DNA of 64,000 bases from Armatimonadota bacterium (GTDB lineage Bacteria; Armatimonadota; UBA5829; DTLH01): NCBI GenBank assembly GCA_039680575.1, contig JBDKSP010000095.1:1-64000 (forward strand), written 5' to 3'. Each line of letters opens with the position of its first letter. Position 1 is the stretch's first letter. Position numbers and translations under genes: made by a program. A model generated the notes under the pieces. The model was given only the letters and a program-made list of their open reading frames with translations, was not told the origin of the DNA and did no database searches. This document shows, one piece after another, positions 17,345 through 26,476 of the stretch.

Positions 17345-18517
17345 TCATCTGTTCCCTATAAAAGCGGCAATAGCCGCGTCGTACACCTGTTTTACCGGCA
17401 CTCCGCGCTCACTGGCAGCCCGTTTGCAGTCGTCGTATTCCGGAGATGCGTTCATTATTCGGCCGTTTAGCTGGCCGATTTTGATCCTAACCTTACCGAA
17501 CTCCGTTTCGACCTCCTGCCACTGACGCTCCAGGCATGCGCGCTCCATACGCTGTATCCGCACGCCTAGAGTCGATGTCTCTCGCAGTAATGTCTCTATG
17601 ACCTTCTGCTCAAGTTCCGGTGAGCAGATAACCGATAGTAGCATTCCCGGCCGGTTTTTCTTCATCTGGATGGGGCTTAAGAAAACATCTAGCGCTCCAA
17701 CTGCGAAGAGCCGGTCCATAACAAAGTCGTAAATCTGAGGGTTAAGGTCGTCAATATTGGTCTGTATTACGGAAACTTCATCCGCTGGGGTCTTCTTGTC
17801 CACGGTCTCGCCCAGCATCACCCTCAGAACGTTCGGAAAACCATGGTCTTGAGTTCCTGCGCCGTAGCCGACCTTCTCGACCGACATTGGAGGCATCGGA
17901 CCGAAGTCTGACGAGAGAGTAGTAATAATAGCCGCGCCTGTTGGGGTAACAAGCTCACCCTCTGCGCCAACTTCGCGCCAGGGAACACCCTTTAGCAACT
18001 CCATTGTAGCAGGCGCAGGCAGTGGAAATGTCCCATGTGAGCCGGTAGCAAAGCCGTGAAATGTGGGCATGGGGCTTGAGACGATCTTTGGCCGTCCAAT
18101 GAGCTCAAGACAGATTGCAGTCCCGATTATATCGATTATTGCATCGACCGCACCTACTTCGTGAAAATGCACATCATCCGGGCTGGAACCATGGACTGTC
18201 GCTTCCGCCTCAGCAAGCCGTTTGAATATCGCGCCGGACTTCTCTTTCACCCAGTCAGAAAGGCTAGAGCCATCGATTATGGATAGAATATCCCCCAGCC
18301 TTCTATGATGATGGTGATGGTGCTCCATTACGACTTCAACATCGGTCGCCGCTATATGGTTCTTCTCAGTCCTCTTGACATCAAGTGTGTAGCCTTCTAC
18401 ACCCAGGCAGGAGAGCGCCTCACGAAGCTTTTCCGGATCCGCCCCCACCCCAATGAGCGCGCCGAGGGTCATGTCTCCGCTTATGCCTGCAAAACAATCG
18501 AAATATGCGGTTTTCAT
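17345..18517 (-). CDS. larC: Nickel-pincer cofactor biosynthesis protein LarC (nickel insertase)
   Basis: YFDCFAGISGDMTLGAL, His run, HFHEVGAVDAIIDI, ELVTPTGAA, MKKNRPG, PEYDDC. Confidence 0.96.
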   Translation of the reverse strand: MKTAYFDCFAGISGDMTLGALIGVGADPEKLREALSCLGVEGYTLDVKRTEKNHIAATDVEVVMEHHHHHHRRLGDILSIIDGSSLSDWVKEKSGAIFKRLAEAEATVHGSSPDDVHFHEVGAVDAIIDIIGTAICLELIGRPKIVSSPMPTFHGFATGSHGTFPLPAPATMELLKGVPWREVGAEGELVTPTGAAIITTLSSDFGPMPPMSVEKVGYGAGTQDHGFPNVLRVMLGETVDKKTPADEVSVIQTNIDDLNPQIYDFVMDRLFAVGALDVFLSPIQMKKNRPGMLLSVICSPELEQKVIETLLRETSTLGVRIQRMERACLERQWQEVETEFGKVRIKIGQLNGRIMNASPEYDDCKRAASERGVPVKQVYDAAIAAFIGNR

Positions 18518-19266
18518 TTATTCACCTGATGTGCGAAGTAACCTGCGCCGAATCCATTGTCGATATTAGTCACAGCGACCCCGGCTGCACAGGAATTGAG
18601 CATTGCAAGAAGCGCGGAAAGCCCGCCGAAGCTCGCGCCGTAACCAACACTCGTCGGAACGGCTATAACCGGCTTTGAAACAAGCCCGCCGACCACGCTC
18701 GCAAGAGCGCCTTCCATACCAGCCACAACGATCAGCACGTTTGCATTCATAAGCCGTTCTTTTTGATCCAGAAGCCTGTGGATTCCGGCGACACCGATGT
18801 CATAAGCCCGCTCTACACGGCTCCCCATTGTCTCCGCCGTGATTGCTGCTTCTTCAGCAACCGGCACATCGGCTGTCCCTGCGCAGACTACCATTATGTA
18901 TTTATCATCAGCAGGCTTTGCCGTTTCAACCTCTTTGTTCACGACTACTACTCTTGCGAGTTCGTGATAAGTCGAGTTATCGACTTCGGACACTATCCGA
19001 ATGGCTGTCTCTTTTGACACTCTCGTGGCGAGCACCTTTGAATTGCGTTCTGAAAGCCGTTTGACTATCTCTACAGCCTGCTCGCAGGTCTTTCCCTGGC
19101 AGAAAACGACCTCTGGAAATCCTGTCCGAATCTCTCTATGCATATCGAGCTTGGCATATCCTATATCTTCATAGGGCAGTGTGCGAAGCTGCATCATAGC
19201 GTCTTCTATCGGAACTCCGCCGCATTTTACATCCTCAAGCAGCTTTTGGAGTCGTTCAGTGTCCAT
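18514..19266 (-). CDS. larB: Nickel-pincer cofactor biosynthesis protein LarB
   Basis: GFPEVVFCQGK, AGTADVPVAEEA, VAGMEGAL, AVPTSVGYG, NIDNGFGAG. Confidence 0.96.
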   Translation of the reverse strand: MDTERLQKLLEDVKCGGVPIEDAMMQLRTLPYEDIGYAKLDMHREIRTGFPEVVFCQGKTCEQAVEIVKRLSERNSKVLATRVSKETAIRIVSEVDNSTYHELARVVVVNKEVETAKPADDKYIMVVCAGTADVPVAEEAAITAETMGSRVERAYDIGVAGIHRLLDQKERLMNANVLIVVAGMEGALASVVGGLVSKPVIAVPTSVGYGASFGGLSALLAMLNSCAAGVAVTNIDNGFGAGYFAHQVNK

Positions 19267-20092
19267 TATTCTCTACCTCAGACGGCTTCAACACAGCGTT
19301 CATGCTACCTGTGCGATAGCCATTCATGTCTAATGTTGTATATGTATATCCTATATTCTTGAACTTATCAGCAACCAATTGCCGTATTTCATTGGATGCG
19401 AGCCGCGGTATTTCATCCGGTTCTACTTCTATCCTAGCGACTGTGCCGTGGTGCCGGACTCTGACCTGGCGGAAACCAAGGTCCTTCAAGTATTTTTCAG
19501 CTTCTTCGAGCTTTTTCAATACTTCCAGCTCTATTCGGGTCCCGTAAGGTATTCGAGACGCGAGGCATGCAAATGCAGGTTTATCCCAGGTCGAGAGCCT
19601 CATTCCTTGTGATAATTTTCTGATCTCATCCTTATTTAGCCCTGCTTCTCTGAGTGGGTTCCTTACTCCAAGCTCGGCTGCTGCACGGCTGCCGGGTCGA
19701 AAATCGCTCAAATCATCGACATTGGCACCATCGGCGACCCAGCGTATCTCACGCTCTTTTGCAATCGCTATCAACTTCCCGAAGAGCTCCGACTTACAGA
19801 AATAGCATCTATCCGAAGTATTACAGGCGAAGTTCTCGCTTTTAAGCTCATCGGTGTGTATACGAACCAGGTTCAGTCCAAGATTTGCAGCGGTTTTCTC
19901 CGCTTCCAGGACTTCTGATGCAGGATATGTCTCCGAAGACGCCAGGACGCACACCGCATGGTCCTTCAAAACTTCCGTTGCGACCGCTGCAAGAAATGTG
20001 CTGTCTACTCCACCGGAGTATCCGAGCACCAGCCCACCCATATCCGATAGAATTACCCTCAGTCGTTCCAACTTACCGTCAATTATGCTCAT
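19256..20092 (-). CDS. larE: Sulfur transferase LarE
   Basis: PP-loop YSGGVDS, RCYFCK, DFRPG, ACLASRIPYG, QVRVRHH, GYRTGSMN. Confidence 0.95.
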   Translation of the reverse strand: MSIIDGKLERLRVILSDMGGLVLGYSGGVDSTFLAAVATEVLKDHAVCVLASSETYPASEVLEAEKTAANLGLNLVRIHTDELKSENFACNTSDRCYFCKSELFGKLIAIAKEREIRWVADGANVDDLSDFRPGSRAAAELGVRNPLREAGLNKDEIRKLSQGMRLSTWDKPAFACLASRIPYGTRIELEVLKKLEEAEKYLKDLGFRQVRVRHHGTVARIEVEPDEIPRLASNEIRQLVADKFKNIGYTYTTLDMNGYRTGSMNAVLKPSEVENNGH

Positions 20093-20104
20093 AATGCCTC
20101 AGAC

Positions 20105-20262
20105 AAAAAAAGCCATCAAGCTCGTCGCCCGTTTTGGACGGCGCCTTCATGGCCTCAGATTCAGTTTAATGATATTTATAACTTGACTCCAGCTTCAGCC
20201 GGAGACTCAAGAGCCTTCACAACTCAGTCGATAGTATATACCGAAGAGAGGATTCACGTCAA
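20105..20262 (-). promoter_or_regulatory. larEBC promoter and leader with hairpin and intrinsic terminator (attenuator candidate)
   Basis: TTGACG-18-TATACT (20262-20233); hairpin 20182-20211; long hairpin plus U7 at 20154-20105, ending 12 nt before the ATG. Confidence 0.6.
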
Positions 20263-20348
20263 ACTGTGAAATCCATCGCTCAGCCGCTCTATTTATATGA
20301 TAATATATAGCAACTGAGCTTTCATAAATATCCATTTGGAGATTGAAT

Positions 20349-22691
20349 ATGCGCGTTATCATCAACGAGGAACCATTTATCGATCCATCCAAACATTGGG
20401 CCCAAAGAGGCTATTGGCCTGCTAAGGTAATCGCTCATCCAGAAATAACGACGGATGAAGCATCCGTGACGGCTTACCGCAGATACTTCAACCTGCCAAA
20501 AGACACGAAAATTCGCATCCATGTCACTGCAGATGAACGGTATGAACTGTTCCTTGATGGCATGCGGATCGGGCGCGGCCCGGAACGTGGAGACAGAGAT
20601 AACTGGTTTTACGAGACATACGGTCTGGACCTGAAAGCTGGAGAACATACACTTGTCGCTCGGACATGGTGGCTCGGCTCGGACAGCCCAGCACCCTACG
20701 CGCAGATTATGGTACGCCCTGGCTTCGTCCTTGCTGCAGAAGGAATCGAGCCGGAGGTCCTGAACACCGGTGTTGCCGAGTGGGACAGCAAGATCATCGG
20801 TGGATATTCAACCGTCAGCCCTGATGGTGCAGCTTGGGGAGCCGGTGCGAAGGTCCATATAAAAGGTGATGAGTTCGCATGGGGGTTCGAGACAGGAAAC
20901 GGTGATGGCTGGTCCCCAGCTAAAGCAATATGCAGGATAGCAGCCGCATCGTATGCAAACGAATATCCGCCCATCTGGATGCTTCGCCCTGCGGTCCTTC
21001 CTCCGATGATGGAAGAACCAAGGAAAGTGGGAGTTGCGAGGCATATTCAGGGTGTTGATACCGAAGATACTTCACCTATCCGTGTTGCAAGTGCGGATAA
21101 CATCCCCGCCGAAGCTGATAGTTGGAACAGGCTCCTTAAAGGCGAGAGCACGGTTGTTATTCCGAAAAATACCATGCGCCGCCTTATAATAGACCTTGAG
21201 AACTACTATACAGCCTATCCTGAGTTTACCGTATCGGAAGGAAAAGGCTCAAAAATCAGAATATTCTGGGCTGAGGCGCTGTATCTCAACATCGATAATA
21301 GAAAATCGGGAAAAGGAAACCGCAACGAAGTAGAGGGTAAATACTTCTTCGGAATGGGCGATACTTTCGAGCCGGACGGAGGCAAATCCCGAAGGTTTGA
21401 CACTCTCTGGTGGGAAGCGGGACGTTATCTGGAGGTCTTCATCTCGACTGCTGACCAACCGCTTATAATAGAAGACTTTACACTTCGCGAGACTCATTTT
21501 CCATACGATTTTGAGAGTAAAATCGACGCAAGCGACTCCAAACTTGCCGAAGTAATACCGATAGCGCTGAGGACTCTTGAAATGTGCTCACACGAGACTT
21601 ACATGGACTGCCCATACTATGAGCAGTTGATGTATGTGGGAGATACCAGGCTCGAAGTGCTGACTTCATATACCACAACCAGAGATGACAGGCTCCCTAA
21701 GAAGTCTCTTTTGATGTTTGACCGGTCGCGAAGGTTATCCGGGCTTACGCAGTCCCGCTATCCGAGCCGGGTGACACAGGTAATCCCACCGTTTTCGCTC
21801 TGGTGGGTCGGGATGGTCCACGACTTTGCGATGTGGAGGGATGACCCTGAGTTCGTCAGAAGCCTCATCCCCGGCGTTAGGACGGTGCTCAATGCTTTTA
21901 TCGGTTATATAAATACTGACGGGCTTGTAGAAGGTCCCAGGGGATGGAATTTCACGGACTGGGTACCAAACTGGTGGGACGGTATTCCGCCGGATGGGCA
22001 CCTGGGCGTGAGCGGGATCCTCAACTGGCAGACCGCGCTGATACTCGGCCTTGCTGCAGATCTTGAAAATACTTTCGGAGACCCGGAAATCGCCCAGAGG
22101 AACTTGAGAATACGTGATAGGATAGCAGCAATAGCAAAAGAGGCATTCTGGAATGAAGACCGAGGCATATTCGCTGACGATCTCTCTAAAGAGCACTACA
22201 GTGAGCATTCGCAGTGCCTCGCTCTCCTCAGTGGAACAGTCGATGGCTCCAAACGCGCAAGAATGATAGAGGGACTCTTGACTGACCCTAACCTTGAACG
22301 GACGACCATCTATTTCAGCCACTATCTCTTCGAGACTTACCGGTTGATAGGGAGGATCGACAAGCTCTTTGAACGGATGGGGCTGTGGTTCGGACTGAAA
22401 GACCAGGGGTTCAAGACAACGCTTGAAATGCCGGAGCCGAGCAGGTCCGACTGCCATGCATGGGGAGCCCATCCCGTATATCATTACTTTGCCTCAGTGC
22501 TTGGAATCCGCCCCGCATCACCAGGGTTCAAGACGGTCAAAATCGAGCCGCAGCTTGGGCACTTGACATATGCAAAAGGTGAGCTGGCGCATCCATGGGG
22601 TATGATCAAAGTGGAGTTCGAGCAGAAAGACGGCGGATATTCAAGCAATATATCGCTTCCTGATGGAGTCGAGTTAGTATCAAAAGTTTAG
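20349..22691 (+). CDS. Alpha-L-rhamnosidase-like glycoside hydrolase (GH78)
   Basis: HVTADERYELFLDG, ETYMDCPYYEQLMYVGD, FTDW, RSDCHAWGAHP, LGIRPASPGF; no signal peptide seen. Confidence 0.9.
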   Translation: MRVIINEEPFIDPSKHWAQRGYWPAKVIAHPEITTDEASVTAYRRYFNLPKDTKIRIHVTADERYELFLDGMRIGRGPERGDRDNWFYETYGLDLKAGEHTLVARTWWLGSDSPAPYAQIMVRPGFVLAAEGIEPEVLNTGVAEWDSKIIGGYSTVSPDGAAWGAGAKVHIKGDEFAWGFETGNGDGWSPAKAICRIAAASYANEYPPIWMLRPAVLPPMMEEPRKVGVARHIQGVDTEDTSPIRVASADNIPAEADSWNRLLKGESTVVIPKNTMRRLIIDLENYYTAYPEFTVSEGKGSKIRIFWAEALYLNIDNRKSGKGNRNEVEGKYFFGMGDTFEPDGGKSRRFDTLWWEAGRYLEVFISTADQPLIIEDFTLRETHFPYDFESKIDASDSKLAEVIPIALRTLEMCSHETYMDCPYYEQLMYVGDTRLEVLTSYTTTRDDRLPKKSLLMFDRSRRLSGLTQSRYPSRVTQVIPPFSLWWVGMVHDFAMWRDDPEFVRSLIPGVRTVLNAFIGYINTDGLVEGPRGWNFTDWVPNWWDGIPPDGHLGVSGILNWQTALILGLAADLENTFGDPEIAQRNLRIRDRIAAIAKEAFWNEDRGIFADDLSKEHYSEHSQCLALLSGTVDGSKRARMIEGLLTDPNLERTTIYFSHYLFETYRLIGRIDKLFERMGLWFGLKDQGFKTTLEMPEPSRSDCHAWGAHPVYHYFASVLGIRPASPGFKTVKIEPQLGHLTYAKGELAHPWGMIKVEFEQKDGGYSSNISLPDGVELVSKV

Positions 22692-22951
22692 GAACGAAGA
22701 GTTGTCAGAGACTTGTGCTTCTCCACGTGGTCCGGTAGTCGCGCGGTAGGATGGAAAGCAATCCCAAAGCAGATAAGCAGCGCATAAAGAAGCCGTGCTT
22801 TATCCCAGCCTCTGCATTTTCGTTACCAACTGATTGCTGAAGGCCGATAGCAGAGATAGTCATTATTATTCTGTCAAATTCTGTCAGTCTTATGAGATAA
22901 GAAACACGCGGGTTCACTCAGTTCTCGACTTTTCTTCCCGCGCGTATCTTT

Positions 22952-23170
22952 CTAGATTATGCCGACATTAACAGCTTGAGGGCCTTTCGCGCCATCTATA
23001 AGCTCAAATTCGACATTTTGACCTTCACTCAGGGATTTATACCCTTCCTTCCTTATTGCAGTATAATGGACAAATACGTCTCTATTTCCATCTACCTCAA
23101 GGAAACCATATCCCTTGGAATCATTGAACCACTTGACCTTCCCGGTCATCATAATACTGCTTGAATCCAT
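22952..23170 (-). CDS. cspA: Cold-shock protein
   Basis: [32 protein letters not shown]; start could be ATG 23152. Confidence 0.95.
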   Translation of the reverse strand: MDSSSIMMTGKVKWFNDSKGYGFLEVDGNRDVFVHYTAIRKEGYKSLSEGQNVEFELIDGAKGPQAVNVGII

Positions 23171-23224
23171 ATCTTATCGCATCCTCCGTTACATGCCAAA
23201 ACAAGCAGGCTTGCAATGTCAGAT

Positions 23225-23253
23225 ATTGTAACATCAGTCAGCCTGCCTGTCAA
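23225..23253 (-). promoter_or_regulatory. Promoter of the cold-shock gene
   Basis: TTGACA-17 nt-TACAAT on the minus strand. Confidence 0.75.
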
Positions 23254-23527
23254 CCTTTTTAGGAAGATTTATAGCGCTTATTGTTATACCTGAGGACTTA
23301 ATTCATATATTACACGCATTTGAGCTTGAGGTATGAGCATTCGTGTTCAGATATTATCATTATTCTGTATATCTGGGGTTGATGACGAGGGACTTCATCC
23401 ATTCTATCGCCGCCTCAACTATATTGCCAATACATGCATATCGCAGTAACAAGATAGTCTCTCATATCGGCATTAGTATGACAAGATCATGTAGTGTGCT
23501 CTTAAATCGAGAATGTGTTATGAGGTT

Positions 23528-24514
23528 TTATTTTTCCTTTTTGTCAGCAGCCAGAGCGCGTATTTCACCGCAGGTTACGGCGGCTACTCCGACCTTTCGC
23601 ACCGCAGCGCCACCTGCGAGGTTTCCAATCTTTGCAGCATCCACCGGCGATGCTCCTGCGGCAAGCGCAAGGCTGATTGCACTGATCACAGTATCCCCTG
23701 CACCGGCGACATCATACACCTCTATGGGTATTGCAGGAACGGTAGTAGCGGAATCTTCGTTGAATATGGTCAACCCGGCAGATCCACGAGTAACAACAAG
23801 ACAATCCAGTGCCAAGTCGGACAGCATACGCTGCCCTGCTGACTTGATTATACCCTCACTGTGAAATTTGGTTCCGGCCACTGCCTCAGCTTCTGACCGA
23901 TTCAGCGTAACAAGCTTTGCGCCCTCAAATCCATTGATATTGACTGGTTTCGGGTTCGCTGTACATATCTTCCCCATTTCGCGGGCAAGCGCAACGGCTC
24001 TCTTCGCCACGGCAGGAACCAGCACGCCTTTGTTATAGTCCGAGAGGATGAGAACATCGCAGTCAGCCAGTTTTTTGCGTATTTCTCTCAGAAGTCTCTC
24101 GACAATGCCTTCATTCACTGGTTCATGCGTTTCTCTGTCAACTCGCACGACTTGCTGGCGATGTGATACCCATATTCTGGTTTTGCGAGTAGTCACACGT
24201 GACGGGTCCACTACAAGGCCGGTGGTATCCACACCGGTATCCTGAAGCTTCTTCTCGAGCTCTTCTCCATATGAATCGTCGCCGACTACCCCGACTATTG
24301 CTGCGTTTCCACCAAGCGCTCTAATGTTATTCACTACATTTGCGGCTCCGCCGGGAAGCACCTCCGATTCGCCGTTTGCGTCTACCACAAGCACTGGTGC
24401 CTCCGGCGATACACGGCTGGTTGTCCCCCAGATGTGCTCATCCACCATTAAATCACCTGCTACAAGCACTTTTATCCGGCTGAAACGTTCCAGAATATGA
24501 GACAAGCTATCCAA
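23528..24514 (-). CDS. rfaE1: D-glycero-beta-D-manno-heptose-7-phosphate kinase (HldE/RfaE domain I, stand-alone)
   Basis: VAGDLMVD, RVSPEAPV, GGAANV, SDYNKG, VYDVAGAGDTVI. Confidence 0.93.
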   Translation of the reverse strand: MDSLSHILERFSRIKVLVAGDLMVDEHIWGTTSRVSPEAPVLVVDANGESEVLPGGAANVVNNIRALGGNAAIVGVVGDDSYGEELEKKLQDTGVDTTGLVVDPSRVTTRKTRIWVSHRQQVVRVDRETHEPVNEGIVERLLREIRKKLADCDVLILSDYNKGVLVPAVAKRAVALAREMGKICTANPKPVNINGFEGAKLVTLNRSEAEAVAGTKFHSEGIIKSAGQRMLSDLALDCLVVTRGSAGLTIFNEDSATTVPAIPIEVYDVAGAGDTVISAISLALAAGASPVDAAKIGNLAGGAAVRKVGVAAVTCGEIRALAADKKEK

Positions 24515-24518
24515 AGAC

Positions 24519-25475
24519 CTAACCCTCCTGTGACTCGATCACCGCAGCCGCGATCAAAGGCAGCATGATCTCATGATGCCCCACCAGCGATACCGACCGG
24601 CCTCCAAGCGTGCGTACCCGCCTGACAATCTGTTCTTCTGACCGGTACTGACGTATAAAGTCCAAGTTCACTGCAAATACTTTATCTAAATTGCACCCTA
24701 CATTTGTACCCATTGCAAATGATTTCAGTGCAACCTCTGGAAGCACTACAGCGGAACCTACATTAAGGAGCACCCCACCCCGCTGCATTAAATCCTCTAT
24801 CGAAGCTGCGAATATCCTGAAATCACGCATAGAACAATCACCTATAGCGGAACCATCGGCTCCCGGATGCATGTGGACTATATCCGTACCTATCCCGACA
24901 TGCACTGTCGCCGGGATTCCGGCTATACTTGCCGCAACGAGCAGGCTGGAGGATATACCAGGCGCATTTGACTTGATAAGCCTTTCACCAAGGGATTCAC
25001 CGAACCCCTGCGACAGATCCCTACCGGCTACTGCCGCAGAGTTTACGAACTCCGCAGTCTCTAGCCCCATGCCGAACCTGCCTTCCTTCAGACCGGCAAC
25101 TACATCCTCCGATGTGCGGCCGAAGAGCGCTATTTCCGTATCGTGTATCGCTCCAGCGCCGTTCATAGCAAGTCCGGTGACAATCCCTCTTGCAATAAGG
25201 TCCGCTATAACCGGAGACAGCCCGCACTTTATGACATGAGCTCCGATTGAAAGGATAATTGGACGTTTCTCACGGACTGCATCCGATATGGCCGTTATCG
25301 CAGTCTTTATATCTTTACCGGCCAGAATGTCAGGAAATGATGAGATGAGACCAGTTATGGTGCCACCCGCTCGCCATGCAGACGCTGCGCTTCCAATCTC
25401 GACCTTCCTAGGCTGTTTTCCGACCTCATGAGCCTTTATCCGGCTGCAATCAAATTCTCTAAACTTCGATGACAT
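24519..25475 (-). CDS. Conserved hypothetical protein, deoxyhypusine-synthase-like fold
   Basis: GAHVIKCGLSP, AMNGAGAIHD, HVGIGTDIVHMHP, NVGSAVVLPEV, GHHEIMLP. Confidence 0.75.
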   Translation of the reverse strand: MSSKFREFDCSRIKAHEVGKQPRKVEIGSAASAWRAGGTITGLISSFPDILAGKDIKTAITAISDAVREKRPIILSIGAHVIKCGLSPVIADLIARGIVTGLAMNGAGAIHDTEIALFGRTSEDVVAGLKEGRFGMGLETAEFVNSAAVAGRDLSQGFGESLGERLIKSNAPGISSSLLVAASIAGIPATVHVGIGTDIVHMHPGADGSAIGDCSMRDFRIFAASIEDLMQRGGVLLNVGSAVVLPEVALKSFAMGTNVGCNLDKVFAVNLDFIRQYRSEEQIVRRVRTLGGRSVSLVGHHEIMLPLIAAAVIESQEG

Positions 25476-25496
25476 CTATATCTATCCTTATGGCGG

Positions 25497-26459
25497 TCAA
25501 CTCTTCTGCCAACTGCCGAACAACTTTACATACAACCAGCTTTCGCGCTTTGGCCTGCCCAATATATACCAAAGAGCGATCAATCCATTTACAACTGCTT
25601 TCCGGCGGCAGCTTTCAGCAAGACCGAGTGTTACTACCACACCAAACGCATTCATGAGAGACTTTGTCAGCGTATTGGTAAACTGGAAACACCCTACCAT
25701 CAACGCAGGTCCGATACCGAAATGTTTACGCATGTAATAACACCTGCCGCGATGACGCTCGATGTAGGATGCTATACGTATGCGCCTTACAGAAACTCCG
25801 ACGAAATGTATGATCTTTGCCTCAGGCACATACTCCATCTGCCAGCCGGCGCCAGCGATCATTTTGGACAGGTCCGGGTCTTCACAATAGAAGAAAAATG
25901 ACTCGTCAAAGCCGCCGACTTCTTCAAATGCTGCCCGCCTGACCATAATAGCTGCCCCGCAGAAATACGCAATTCCGGCAAGCTGCTCTTTTTGCTCCAC
26001 CATGCGGACGATTTCTTTCCTGACGCTCTTCCTGGCGCTCGAAAAAAGCACCGTTTTGGGAGTCATCAGGAGCGCCACGACCTCCTGGTCCTTGTCATCG
26101 GCGCCCACAATCCGAGGCGCAGCTATACCGGCTTTCGGGTTGGATTCCAGTGCCGAAGCAAGACGATCAAGAGCGTAAGGGCATGCCAGCGTATCGCTGT
26201 TTAGAATGAAAAGAAATTCCCCCTGCGCTTTTTTTGCGCCGAGATTATTTGCCCGTCCAAACCCAAGGTTTTTACTGCACTTTATTACCTTGACCGATGG
26301 AAACCGCTCACTAATAGCCTCCGCAGACCCATCGGCCGACGCGTTGTCTACAACGATTATCTCGTAAGATCTCGGGGGGACCGTCTCTTCGAGCGATGCT
26401 ATGCAATCAATTACAAGCTGCTTCGTATTATAGTTGACTATGATAACGCTAATATCCAA
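25497..26459 (-). CDS. GT2-family glycosyltransferase (WbbL-like)
   Basis: ISVIIVNYN, VVDNASADGS, NLGFGRANN, LNSDT, GFDESFFFYCED. Confidence 0.92.
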   Translation of the reverse strand: MDISVIIVNYNTKQLVIDCIASLEETVPPRSYEIIVVDNASADGSAEAISERFPSVKVIKCSKNLGFGRANNLGAKKAQGEFLFILNSDTLACPYALDRLASALESNPKAGIAAPRIVGADDKDQEVVALLMTPKTVLFSSARKSVRKEIVRMVEQKEQLAGIAYFCGAAIMVRRAAFEEVGGFDESFFFYCEDPDLSKMIAGAGWQMEYVPEAKIIHFVGVSVRRIRIASYIERHRGRCYYMRKHFGIGPALMVGCFQFTNTLTKSLMNAFGVVVTLGLAESCRRKAVVNGLIALWYILGRPKRESWLYVKLFGSWQKS

Positions 26460-26476
26460 TTTATCTCTGCTGGTAA

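Noticed and set aside
20105..20230. NiCo riboswitch or ANTAR twin hairpin
   Set aside because: The recalled conserved motifs (CUGAGCAGG/GUGGGACAG; paired hexaloops) are absent.
21735..22484. 249-aa antisense ORF and similar long shadow ORFs (2938-3789, 5889-6506, 26537-27316, 39422-40258)
   Set aside because: They lie opposite well-supported genes and have no recognisable motifs.
22705..22917. 70-aa ORF downstream of the cold-shock gene
   Set aside because: No SD, no motif and no other support.
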